Part shown: positions 9,526 to 18,376 of the stretch, one piece after another
Position numbering within the stretch: position 1 is the first letter of the stretch
How the letters are laid out: each line of letters starts with the position of its first letter
Position numbers and translations under genes: made by a program
Notes under the pieces: model-generated
Told to the model about the DNA's origin: nothing
The model's input: only the letters and a program-made list of their open reading frames with translations
The model's database searches: none
From: Candidatus Limnocylindria bacterium
Lineage (GTDB): Bacteria; Chloroflexota; Limnocylindria; QHBO01
Reading direction: 5' to 3'
Assembly (NCBI GenBank): GCA_038209995.1
Contig: JBBQXD010000002.1
Coordinates: forward strand, 136,428 to 200,427
Length of the DNA: 64,000 nucleotides

Positions 9526-10542
9526 GTGACGGCTCCGACCTCGACGGGCGGGCGCGCGGCGTCCGTCCGTCGCGGCGTGCCGCAGCGGCCCGAGCGCAAG
9601 CGGGAGCTGCTCACCTACTGGGCCTACCGAGCCGCCGAGCGGCTCATCGGCGCGCTGCCGCGCGGCATCGTGCTGCCGATCGCCGCCGCGGCGGGCAATG
9701 CCGCCCACGATCTTTCGGCCGACAAGCGGGCCGTGATGCAGGCGAACATCAGCCAGGCGATGGGCCTCGCGCCGAACGCGCCGCCCGTCGTGCGCGCCAC
9801 GCGCCGCGCGTTCCGCAACTACGGGAAGTACCTCGCCGACGTCATGCGCCTGCCGGCACTCTCGGAGGCCGAGGTGGCGCGCCTGATCGCGATCGACAAC
9901 GTCGAGGTCCTCCCCGAGGCGCGCAGCGGCGAGACCGGGGTCCTGGTGTGCACCGTCCACGTCGGGGGCATGGACATGATCGGTCCGGCGCTGCACCGGG
10001 CGGGCGAGGAGCTCCATGTCGTCGCCGACGACACCACGTACGGGCGGCTCTACGACCACCTCAAGGCCGAGCGCGCCCGTCACGGGCTGCACCTCATCGG
10101 TTGGCGCAACCTGCGGGCGCTCTTCAGGGTCCTCCGCCGCGGCGGCAGCCTCGTCCTGTTCTGCGATGGCGGCTACCGCCCTGGCGACGTGCCGGTCGAG
10201 TTCCTCGGCGCGCCCACGACGTTCCCCGCCGGTCCGGCGACGCTCTCGGCTCGCTCCGGTGCGCCGATGCTCCCCGTCTGGTGCCAGCGCACCGGTCGCG
10301 ACACGTTCATCGCCCGCGGCCTGCCGACGATTCGCACCGAGGGCGACCACCCCGCGTCGATCCAGCGCGCCACCCAGGCGCTCGCCGACGCCCTGGGCGC
10401 GGTGATCGCCGAGGACCCGGGGCAGTGGTACCTCTTCCGCGCCGTCTGGCCACAGACCGATGCGGAGCGCGCCATGGCCGCCGCCGCCCTCGAGCGAGCC
10501 CGACGCGGCGAGGACTGGACGGTGCGCGAGGCGACCGCGTGA
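9526..10542 (+). CDS. lysophospholipid/lipid A-type acyltransferase (LPLAT; PatA-like)
   Basis: HtrB/LpxL-family-like sequence 'VCTVHVGGMDMIGP' ... 'LVLFCDGGYRPGD' ... 'FPAGPATLSARSGAPMLPV'. Probable GTG start just after the ino1 stop. Confidence 0.65.
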   Translation: MTAPTSTGGRAASVRRGVPQRPERKRELLTYWAYRAAERLIGALPRGIVLPIAAAAGNAAHDLSADKRAVMQANISQAMGLAPNAPPVVRATRRAFRNYGKYLADVMRLPALSEAEVARLIAIDNVEVLPEARSGETGVLVCTVHVGGMDMIGPALHRAGEELHVVADDTTYGRLYDHLKAERARHGLHLIGWRNLRALFRVLRRGGSLVLFCDGGYRPGDVPVEFLGAPTTFPAGPATLSARSGAPMLPVWCQRTGRDTFIARGLPTIRTEGDHPASIQRATQALADALGAVIAEDPGQWYLFRAVWPQTDAERAMAAAALERARRGEDWTVREATA

Positions 10543-11432
10543 TGCGATCCCTCGCCCTGCGCATCGGGCTCCGCCTGGCGGACCTCATCATTCCCAGCCT
10601 GCCGGCGCGGGTCGCGTATGCGATCGCCGACGCCGGTGGCCGCGCCTGGTACCGACGCGACGCGACGCGGCGCTCCCGGGTCACCGATGGCCTGCAGCGC
10701 ATCCAGGCCGCGCTCGGTCGCCCGGCCGATGGACCCGCCCTCCGTCGCCTCGTCGAGCGCGCCTTCGTCGAGTACGCCCGCTACTACGTCGAGCTGCTGC
10801 GCGCACCGCACTACCGGCCCCGCGACGTGCGGCGCCACGTGTCGGTGGACGACTGGGAGACGCAGGCGCCGCTCTTCCGCGGCGGAGCGGTCGTCGCGCT
10901 TCCCCACCTCGGCAACTTCGAGCCGTTCGGCCTGTTCGTCGAGGCGGAGGGGATCACCGGCGTCGCGCCGATCGAGGAGACGGAGCCGCCGGAGCTCTTC
11001 GACTTCCTCCGCACACGGCGCGCGGCCGGTCGCGGCATGCGGGTCGTGGCGCTCTCGCGCGCTCGGCGACCGATGATCGACGCGCTGCACGGCGGCGAGA
11101 TCGCCGCCCTCGTGGCAGACCGCGACCTGGCGGCCGACGGCGTCCCGGTCACGATGTTCGGCCACCCCGTCACGCTGCCTGCCGGCCCGGCGTGGCTCGC
11201 CGTCACCACCGGGCGACCGCTCATCATCGCCCGCTGCCTGCGAACCGGACCTGACCGTTTCGCGGCGCGCACATGGCAGCTCGACACCGCCGAACGCGAC
11301 GGCGAGGCGCGCCGGCAGCGGATCGAGCGCATCACGGCAGCGATGGCGCAGGCGTTCGAGGAGGCGGTCGCGGAGGCTCCCGAGCAGTGGTTCGCCATCT
11401 TCCAGCCGTTCTGGACCGATCAGCGCACATGA
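10542..11432 (+). CDS. second LPLAT acyltransferase paralog
   Basis: Paralogous to the previous gene (ALPHLGNFEP..., LVADRDLAADGVPVTMFGHPVTLPAGPAWLA). Its ATG overlaps the upstream stop (TGATG). Confidence 0.65.
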   Translation: MRSLALRIGLRLADLIIPSLPARVAYAIADAGGRAWYRRDATRRSRVTDGLQRIQAALGRPADGPALRRLVERAFVEYARYYVELLRAPHYRPRDVRRHVSVDDWETQAPLFRGGAVVALPHLGNFEPFGLFVEAEGITGVAPIEETEPPELFDFLRTRRAAGRGMRVVALSRARRPMIDALHGGEIAALVADRDLAADGVPVTMFGHPVTLPAGPAWLAVTTGRPLIIARCLRTGPDRFAARTWQLDTAERDGEARRQRIERITAAMAQAFEEAVAEAPEQWFAIFQPFWTDQRT

Positions 11433-12220
11433 GAAAGTCATCAGTCTCGAGCGGGCGCACGACCGGGTCGGGGCGCCGCCCGCGCGGGGGCGGGGCGCGC
11501 GGCAAGGCGGACATGCACCTCCACACCCTGTGGTCCGACGGAACGGCTGCCGTCGCCGAGCTCCTCGACTGGGTCGAGCAGGCGACCGATCTCGACGTCA
11601 TCGCCATCACCGACCATGAGCGGATCGACGGCGCGCAGCGCGCGCTGGAGCTCCACGCGCGGGGCGGCTACGCCTTCGACCTCGTCGTTGGCGAGGAGGT
11701 CACGACCCGGCGCGGCCACCTGCTGGCGCTCTTCCTGACCGATCGCGTCCGCGCCCTGCGCCCGCTCGCTGAGACCCTCGCCGCGGTCCATGCCCAGGGC
11801 GGGCTGGCGATCGCGGCCCATCCGCTTGCGCCGCTCACCCCGTCACTCGGCGCCCGATCGCTCCGCGCGGCCCACGACGCCGCCGATCCGGGGCTGCGCC
11901 TCGACGGGATCGAGCTCATGAACCCATCCGCCGCCGGCCGCTCGCGGCGCGGGACGCGCAATCGGATGAACGCCGAGCTCCTCCACCTGCCCGCGGTCGG
12001 GAACAGCGACGCCCACATCCTCGAGGCGGTCGGGACCGCCTGGACCTGGTTCGACGGGGTCAGCGCCGAAGACTATCGAACCTCGCTCGAGGCGAGCACC
12101 ACCGAGCCGGACGGGGCGTTCTGGACAAGCTGGCACAACGTGCGCATCTACGGCCGCCAGCTCGTCGCCAAGGGACGACACCTGCGGCATACTCTGCGCC
12201 CCACAGGAGAGTGGCGATGA
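11429..12220 (+). CDS. PHP-domain (polymerase/histidinol-phosphatase family) metal-dependent phosphoesterase
   Basis: 'DMHLHTLWSDG' (HxH), 'IAITDHE', 'AIAAHP' and 'GNSDAHI' are PHP metal-binding motifs. ATGA overlap with the upstream acyltransferase stop; an alternative start ATG lies at about 11513. Confidence 0.6.
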   Translation: MRKSSVSSGRTTGSGRRPRGGGARGKADMHLHTLWSDGTAAVAELLDWVEQATDLDVIAITDHERIDGAQRALELHARGGYAFDLVVGEEVTTRRGHLLALFLTDRVRALRPLAETLAAVHAQGGLAIAAHPLAPLTPSLGARSLRAAHDAADPGLRLDGIELMNPSAAGRSRRGTRNRMNAELLHLPAVGNSDAHILEAVGTAWTWFDGVSAEDYRTSLEASTTEPDGAFWTSWHNVRIYGRQLVAKGRHLRHTLRPTGEWR

Positions 12221-13413
12221 CGCAGCTCGAGGCCGCGCCCGCCCGCGAGGCGTCGCCGGCACCCCGGGATCCGCGGGGGATGCTGAAGGTGGGGATCGTG
12301 AGCCCCTACGGGTACCCGCATCCGGGTGGCGTGAACGACCACGTCCGCAACCAGTACGAGCAGCTCACCGCGCTGGGGCATGACGCCTGGATCATCACGA
12401 GCAAGTACGGCCGCCAGCGGGAGAGCGAGGGGCACATCATTCGCCTCGGCACCGGCTGGGCGTTCCCGGCCAATGGCAGCGTGGGACGCGTGACGCTCAG
12501 CCTTCGGTTCAAGGAGCAGGCGCGCGAGCTCCTTGATGCCGAGCGCTTCGACGTTCTCCACTTCCACGAGCCGCTGGTGCCGTTCCTGTCGCCGACCCTG
12601 CTCGACGCCTCGCGCACCGTCAACGTCGCCACGTTCCACGCCTTCGGCGGCTTCAGCCCCAGCTACTGGGTCGGCCGCCGCTTCGCCGGTCGGCTGGCCA
12701 AGCGGCTCCATGGGCGGATCGCCGTCTCCGGCGCCGCACGCCACTTCATCTCTCGCTACTTCCCCGGCGACTACGAGATCATCCCCAACGGCGTCGACCT
12801 CGGCCTCTTTGCCGATGCGGAGCCGTACGACGAGCTCCGCGACGGCACGCTCAACATCCTGTTCGTCGGGCGCTTCGAGGAGCGCAAGGGCCTCACCCAT
12901 CTCCTCAAGGCCTATCACCGGCTGCGGAAGCGGCGCATCGACGCCCGGCTGCTCGTGATCGGGACGGGACCCAAGTCGCGCGAGTATCGGCGCTACATCG
13001 GCCTGCGGGGGATCCGCGACGTCGAGTTCCTGGGCCGCGTGAGCGACCACGACAAGGCCCGCTATTTCGCATCGGCGGACATCTTCTGCGCGCCGGCGAC
13101 CGGCCAGGAGAGCTTCGGCATCGTCCTGCTCGAGGCGATGGCGGCCGGCGTCCCGATCGTCGCGTCCGACATCCACGGCTACAAGCAGGTCGTGCAGCGC
13201 AACGTCCAGGGCCTTCTCGTCGAGCCGCGCAACCAGCGCGCGCTCGCCGCCGGCCTCTACGCGCTTGCGCGCGACCCGGAGCTCCGCCACGAGATGGGCG
13301 AGGCGGGTCGCGCGACGGCACCCGACTACAGCTGGCCGCGGGTCACGGAGCGGATCGTCGAGTTCTACCACGACGTCCGCGCACGCGTGGGCGCGGAGCC
13401 TTCCCGCCGCTAG
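12211..13413 (+). CDS. pimA: GT4 glycosyltransferase, phosphatidylinositol alpha-mannosyltransferase (PimA)-like
   Basis: Blocks shared with mycobacterial PimA: 'PYGYPHPGGVNDHV', 'VLHFHEP', 'GRIAVSGAA', 'IPNGVD', 'FVGRFEERKG', and 'ADIFCAPATGQESFGIVLLEAMAAG' (EX7E region). Confidence 0.75.
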   Translation: MAMTQLEAAPAREASPAPRDPRGMLKVGIVSPYGYPHPGGVNDHVRNQYEQLTALGHDAWIITSKYGRQRESEGHIIRLGTGWAFPANGSVGRVTLSLRFKEQARELLDAERFDVLHFHEPLVPFLSPTLLDASRTVNVATFHAFGGFSPSYWVGRRFAGRLAKRLHGRIAVSGAARHFISRYFPGDYEIIPNGVDLGLFADAEPYDELRDGTLNILFVGRFEERKGLTHLLKAYHRLRKRRIDARLLVIGTGPKSREYRRYIGLRGIRDVEFLGRVSDHDKARYFASADIFCAPATGQESFGIVLLEAMAAGVPIVASDIHGYKQVVQRNVQGLLVEPRNQRALAAGLYALARDPELRHEMGEAGRATAPDYSWPRVTERIVEFYHDVRARVGAEPSRR

Positions 13414-14426
13414 CGCCCGTCCATCGGCCGCCGGTACGCGCGGCTGCGACGATCGACGGCGAAGCCGACCGCCTCGTAGACGCCGAGCGCGCCTGTCGGG
13501 TTCTGCGCGTCCACGCCGAGCGTCGCGCTCGTCATGCCGGCATCACGCGCACCACGCAGCGCATCGGCCACGAGCGCGCGAGCCAGGCCCCGGCCGCGCC
13601 ACGGGCGGCGGACGCTCACCCCGCTCACCTCGATCCGTCGCGCGTCGTGCTCGGCGTTGTAGGAGGTCATGACCTCGACCATCACGACCCCGGCAACCTC
13701 GGTGCCGTCCCACGCCACGCGCCACAGCTCCGGGCGAAAGGCGGGGCCGGAGAAGAAGCCCTCGAACGCGGCATCGGACTCGTCGAAGCCGCCCCAGTGA
13801 TCGTGGAACGCCTCCGCGTCGGCGTCGAAGATCTTGCGATGATCCTCAGGGAGCACCGGCCGGATCTCGAGCCCAGCGGGCAGCGGCGGATCCGGGATCT
13901 CGTCGAGGGTCTGGCGCACCATGTGGAAGAAGTAGCGCGCCACCGTGTAGCCCGCCCGCTCGAGCAGCGCGATGGCACCCAGCTGCTCGTCACCGGCCCA
14001 CGAGTGCAGCAGTGCCCCGTCGGTGCGTCCGAGCTCGGCGAGCGCTCGCTCACGCGCCCGTGCCTCGTTGAACGCCAGCAGCGCCGTCCCCAGCTTGCGC
14101 CGCCGCACGCTTGGATCGACCGCGCCGACGACCGCGAAGACCTCGGTGCCATCCGAATCCGGTCGGTGGCGGACATCGGCATAGGCGACGATCCGGCCAT
14201 CCAGCTCGACCACCACCTCGTCGACCGCTGGATCCCAGCCGGTGGTGTGCTCGAACCAGTGGGCAACGTCCTCCGCGCTGACGCGCATGTTCATCCCGTC
14301 CGCGCGCGCCATCGCGTTGAAGACCTCGCTCGTGCCCGCGTGGTCCTCGGGCAGTCGCGGCCGCCGGAAGACGAGGCCGGGGATCTGCGGCGCGTTCGGG
14401 ACCTCGACGACCACCCCGTCGCTCAT
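13410..14426 (-). CDS. two-domain GNAT acetyltransferase (mycothiol-synthase MshD-like), paralog 1
   Basis: 338 aa with two GNAT cores (RRRKLGTALL... and VRRPWRGRGLARAL). Its ATG overlaps the stop of paralog 2 (ATGA). Confidence 0.65.
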   Translation of the reverse strand: MSDGVVVEVPNAPQIPGLVFRRPRLPEDHAGTSEVFNAMARADGMNMRVSAEDVAHWFEHTTGWDPAVDEVVVELDGRIVAYADVRHRPDSDGTEVFAVVGAVDPSVRRRKLGTALLAFNEARARERALAELGRTDGALLHSWAGDEQLGAIALLERAGYTVARYFFHMVRQTLDEIPDPPLPAGLEIRPVLPEDHRKIFDADAEAFHDHWGGFDESDAAFEGFFSGPAFRPELWRVAWDGTEVAGVVMVEVMTSYNAEHDARRIEVSGVSVRRPWRGRGLARALVADALRGARDAGMTSATLGVDAQNPTGALGVYEAVGFAVDRRSRAYRRPMDGR

Positions 14427-15451
14427 CGCCGGCTCACCTCGTGCGGCTCGCTCAGCTCGGTCGGCCATGGACGGCGCAGGTTCGCGTCGCGCGAGACGAC
14501 CCGGAACCCGGCCCGCTCGTACACGCCGAGCGCGCCGGTCGGGTTCTCGGAGTCGACGCCGAGGATCGCGCTCTCGAGCCCGCGCTCCCTGAGCAGGACC
14601 AGCGAGCGCGCCACGAGCGCCGCCGCCAGACCGTGCCGCCGCCAGGGACGACGCACGAAGACCGAGTCGAGCCATCCCCGCCGCTGGCCGATGAGGGCGT
14701 TCTCGCTCGCATTGATCGTGTTCATCACGCCACCGGCGATCTCGTCGCCGTCCCACGCGACGACGAAGAGGGTCGGGTCGAGCTCCGGCTCGGAGAGCCA
14801 TTCCTCGAACGCCGCGTCCGAGTCGTCGAAGCCGCCCCAGTGATCGCGGAACGCCTCGGCGTCGGCGTCCCAGAGCCGGCGCAGCTGGGCGCGGCCGGCC
14901 ACCGGACGCAGCCCGAGCCCGTCGGGGAGCGGCGGCACCTCGACGTCGTCGAGGGTGGGACGCAGCATCTCGAAGTCCCAGCGCACCGGGGCGTAGCCGC
15001 GCCGCTCGTACGCCGCCATGCGCCACGCCTGGTTCCCCGGGATCCACGCGCCCAGGACCCGTTGCCGCTCGCCGATGGCGGCCGGATCGGCGGCATCCTG
15101 CTCCGCGGCGGCCTCCGCCGCCCGCGCCTCGAGGACATCGAGGAGCGGATCGACGGCAGCGCCTCCATCGGGGAGGGCGAACACGAAGACGCGATGCTCG
15201 CGCAGCCCGTCCGTCGTGTCGACCCAGTTGTGGCGCCCGTAGCCGATCGCCCGACCGCCCTCCTCGGCGAGGACGATGTCGCGGCGCGGGTCGAGGCGCT
15301 CGGTCGGGGTGGCGTACCACGCCGCCATCTGGTCCACCGAGCGTCGCTCGTTGAGACCGTCCGCCTCGGCCATGGCGTTGAAGACGGCGACGAGGTGCGG
15401 CAGGTCCTCCGGGCCAGCGTAGCGCCGGAGGGTGAGCGTCGAGGTCGTCAT
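14423..15451 (-). CDS. two-domain GNAT acetyltransferase (MshD-like), paralog 2
   Basis: 342 aa, same architecture (VFVRRPWRRHGLAAALVARSL). ATGA overlap with paralog 3. Confidence 0.65.
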   Translation of the reverse strand: MTTSTLTLRRYAGPEDLPHLVAVFNAMAEADGLNERRSVDQMAAWYATPTERLDPRRDIVLAEEGGRAIGYGRHNWVDTTDGLREHRVFVFALPDGGAAVDPLLDVLEARAAEAAAEQDAADPAAIGERQRVLGAWIPGNQAWRMAAYERRGYAPVRWDFEMLRPTLDDVEVPPLPDGLGLRPVAGRAQLRRLWDADAEAFRDHWGGFDDSDAAFEEWLSEPELDPTLFVVAWDGDEIAGGVMNTINASENALIGQRRGWLDSVFVRRPWRRHGLAAALVARSLVLLRERGLESAILGVDSENPTGALGVYERAGFRVVSRDANLRRPWPTELSEPHEVSRR

Positions 15452-16479
15452 GCGCCCACATCGAAGGGTCGCTGGAGGGCGTACGAGCGGGTGTCGACGA
15501 CGAACCCGGCCCGCTCGTAGAGGCCGAGCGCGCCGTTCGGGTTGCCACTGTCGACGCCGAGCATCGCCTCATCCATGCCGGCCTCGCGCAGCCGGACAAG
15601 CGAGCGGGCGACGATCGCGGCACCCAGCCCGCGACGCCGCCACGGACGGCGCACAAAGACGGTCTCGAGCCAGCCGCGGCGGCGGTTGAAGGCCGCGTTG
15701 TCGGCAGCCCAGATCGAGTTCGTCACCCCGCCGGCGATCTCGTCCCCGTCCCAGGCGATGACGAACAGGTCCGGGTTGTGATCCGGGTCGGCCATGGCAC
15801 GGTCGAAGTTCGCCTCCGAGTCGTCGAAGCCGCCCCAGTGATCACCGCGGAACGCATCGACATCGGCATCCCAGAGCTGCCTCTGGCTGGCCCGATCGTG
15901 ACCGATCGGCCTCACCTCGAGCCCTGCCGGCATGGGCGGCACGTCGACCTCATCGAGGTTCGTGCGCCGCATCTCGAAGAAGTAGCGCGCGACCTGGTAC
16001 CCGGCGCGCTCGAAGAGGTGCCGCTTGGCGGCGCGCTCCTCAGGCACCCAGGTGCCGTAGGTCTGCGGCGTCGTGGCCTCGCGCGCGGCCGGCAGCGTGG
16101 CGGCGTGCGCTTCCTGCCACGCGAGGAGGGTGCGACCGATGCCGCGCCCCATCCGGTCGGGATGGACGTAGCCGCCGAGGCGGAACTCGCGCGTCCCCTC
16201 GGTCGTGTCCACCCACTCGACCCAGGCGTAGCCGACGAGCGTGCCGTCGACCTCGGCGAGCACGACGTCGCGCGCCGGGTCGAAGTGCTCGCCGGCGTAG
16301 TCGAGCCAGTTCGCGAGCTCGCTCTCGGTGACGTGGGCCTTGAGACCATCCGCGTGGTTGGCGGCCAGCACGAGGGGCGCCATGCGTGCCGCGATGGCCG
16401 GGCTCCCGTCGTGCACGCGCAGGGAGAGGCCCGGCATGACCGGTGGGTCGAGGCGGCTGGCGGTGCTGAGGCTGGTCAT
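15448..16479 (-). CDS. two-domain GNAT acetyltransferase (MshD-like), paralog 3
   Basis: Internal start MTSLSTASRL...; two GNAT cores (GRGIGRTLL..., VFVRRPWRRRGLGAAIVARSL). The upstream ORF extension is rejected. Confidence 0.6.
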   Translation of the reverse strand: MTSLSTASRLDPPVMPGLSLRVHDGSPAIAARMAPLVLAANHADGLKAHVTESELANWLDYAGEHFDPARDVVLAEVDGTLVGYAWVEWVDTTEGTREFRLGGYVHPDRMGRGIGRTLLAWQEAHAATLPAAREATTPQTYGTWVPEERAAKRHLFERAGYQVARYFFEMRRTNLDEVDVPPMPAGLEVRPIGHDRASQRQLWDADVDAFRGDHWGGFDDSEANFDRAMADPDHNPDLFVIAWDGDEIAGGVTNSIWAADNAAFNRRRGWLETVFVRRPWRRRGLGAAIVARSLVRLREAGMDEAMLGVDSGNPNGALGLYERAGFVVDTRSYALQRPFDVGA

Positions 16480-16591
16480 CGGTGAGGCTCCATGGTGGAT
16501 GAGGTGGCTGGCCGCGCGGCGCCGTCCGCCGCGCGGCCCTGGGTGAGGTGTGCCTGCTGCTGCCGATCCATCGGTCCATTCGACGCCGGCA

Positions 16592-17392
16592 TCATCCGAC
16601 ACGCTTCAGCTTGCCGGTCCGCTTCGCGTAGCGCTCGGCGCGACCGAAGGCCCAGATCCCCAAGGGGATGAAGACCGCGCCCATGACCACGAGCGGCCAG
16701 ACGTCGCCGACGAGCGCCGTGATCGGCGTCCCGTCGATGAGGCCGGCGCGCACGCCGTCGAGGACGTACGTCGCGGGGCTGAAGTGGCTCAGCACCTGCA
16801 TCCATCCGGGGAGGATGTCGACGCTGTAGTAGACGCCGCTAATGAGCAGCAGCACCGACTGCAGGACGAAGGTCATCTGCGCCCCGCGCTCGACGTACAT
16901 GAGCGGCAGGATGGCGGTCATGATCCCGATCCCGATGAACGAGAGGGACCCGAGCACCATGAAGATCGCCGCGGTCAGGAAGTTCGCGTGGACGAGGTCG
17001 AGCTCGAAGAAGAGCGCGAGCACGGCGAGCACGACCACGGTGTGGACGAACCCGTAGGCGATCGCGTAGAGCGTCGAACCGACCATCTGCGCGTAGCGGC
17101 GCACGGGGGCCATGAAGGTGTACTCCAGGGTCCCTTCCCAGCGCTCCCAGGCGACCGTCTCGGCAATGAAGCTGAAGACGACCGACAGGTAGTTCCAGAA
17201 GACGGCACCGATGACGAGCGTCAGGAGGAGGCGGTCGTCGCCCTGGTCCTTGCCGATCAGCGACACGGCGAGCGCGCCGGCCACGGCGTAGACGAGGAAC
17301 GCGACCTCCCAGCCCCAGTAGCGCCGGGTGAGGTTGAAGTTCCGCTCGACGAAGGCGTACGAGGCCTTCAGCTCGCGGGTCATCAGGGACAT
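16592..17392 (-). CDS. ABC-2 type exporter permease
   Basis: 266 aa with 6 TMS; GGAGA SD 9 nt upstream of the ATG. Confidence 0.7.
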   Translation of the reverse strand: MSLMTRELKASYAFVERNFNLTRRYWGWEVAFLVYAVAGALAVSLIGKDQGDDRLLLTLVIGAVFWNYLSVVFSFIAETVAWERWEGTLEYTFMAPVRRYAQMVGSTLYAIAYGFVHTVVVLAVLALFFELDLVHANFLTAAIFMVLGSLSFIGIGIMTAILPLMYVERGAQMTFVLQSVLLLISGVYYSVDILPGWMQVLSHFSPATYVLDGVRAGLIDGTPITALVGDVWPLVVMGAVFIPLGIWAFGRAERYAKRTGKLKRVG

Positions 17393-17461
17393 TGCCGTTG
17401 ATCTCCTGTCGGTGGCGGATGCGCCGGCCCGATCCCTCGTGCAGGACCGGACCGACCCACC

Positions 17462-18376
17462 TCATTCGTCGTTGTCATCCTTGTCGTCGTCACCGATGTC
17501 GTCGTCGAGCGACTTGCCGGTGTAGGTCATGAACACGCTCTCCAGCGTCGCGGGCAGGCCACGCTGCTCGGCGATCATCGCCTTCAGCGCGTCGGCGGTG
17601 TCCTCCACCACGAGCCGCCCGTCGTTGATGATCGCGAGCCGATCGCACAGCCGCTCGGCCTCGTCGAGGTCGTGCGTGGTGAGCACGATCGTGGCGTCAT
17701 GCGTGTCCCGCAGCTCCTCGATGAACGACTGGACGTCGAGCTTCGACCGTGGGTCGAGGCCCGTCGTCGGCTCGTCCAGGAGGAGGAGCGTCGGGCTCGT
17801 CAGCAGCGCCCGCGCGATCGCGACCTTCTGCTGCATACCGCGGCTCATCTGCTCGAGCGGCCGATTGAGCCGCTTCTCGCCGATCCCGAGGCGTGCCAGG
17901 ATCTCGATCGCGTCGCGCTTCGCCTTCCCCGCGTCCATCCCGTACAGCCGGGCCGCGTAGGTCAGGTTCTCGTGGGGCGACAGCTTCTTGAAGAAGGCCG
18001 CGTCCACGCTGACGCGGTTGATGACGCGCTTGACGGCCATCTCCTCGCGCTCGATGTCGTGGCCGAAGACCTCCACCCGTCCGGTGTCGAGCGTCAGCAG
18101 GGTGCTGAAGAGCCGGATGAGCGTCGACTTGCCGCTCCCGTTGGCGCCGAGAATCCCGTAGATCTCGCCGCGCGGGATGCGTAGGCTCACATCGTTGACC
18201 GCGATGACCGGCTTCTTCTTGCGGCCCACCACGAAACGCTTCGTGACGTGCTCGGCGAGCAGCGCCGGCACCCCGCCCTCGACGATGGGCTGCCGCCGCG
18301 GCCGCCGCTGGGCGGCGGCCATCGATGCTGGCCGCTGCTGAGGTGCCGTGCTCAATTGTTCCAGCACGCTGGTCAT
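17462..18376 (-). CDS. ABC transporter ATP-binding protein (canonical motifs)
   Basis: Walker A 'GANGSGKST', signature 'MSRGMQQK', Walker B 'LLLLDEPTTGLD', H-loop 'LTTHD'. AAGGAG SD 7 nt upstream of the internal ATG (MTSVLEQL). Acidic C-terminal tail. Confidence 0.75.
   Translation of the reverse strand: MTSVLEQLSTAPQQRPASMAAAQRRPRRQPIVEGGVPALLAEHVTKRFVVGRKKKPVIAVNDVSLRIPRGEIYGILGANGSGKSTLIRLFSTLLTLDTGRVEVFGHDIEREEMAVKRVINRVSVDAAFFKKLSPHENLTYAARLYGMDAGKAKRDAIEILARLGIGEKRLNRPLEQMSRGMQQKVAIARALLTSPTLLLLDEPTTGLDPRSKLDVQSFIEELRDTHDATIVLTTHDLDEAERLCDRLAIINDGRLVVEDTADALKAMIAEQRGLPATLESVFMTYTGKSLDDDIGDDDKDDNDE

Noticed and set aside
8235-9614. 459-aa minus-strand ORF
   Set aside because: Antisense to ino1, which has strong motif support. 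Composition is dominated by Arg/Asp/Leu/Val from GC-rich codons.
13410-15656. 748-aa single ORF spanning two GNAT genes
   Set aside because: Out-of-frame run-through. The region resolves into separate, overlapping (ATGA) two-domain GNAT genes with their own starts.
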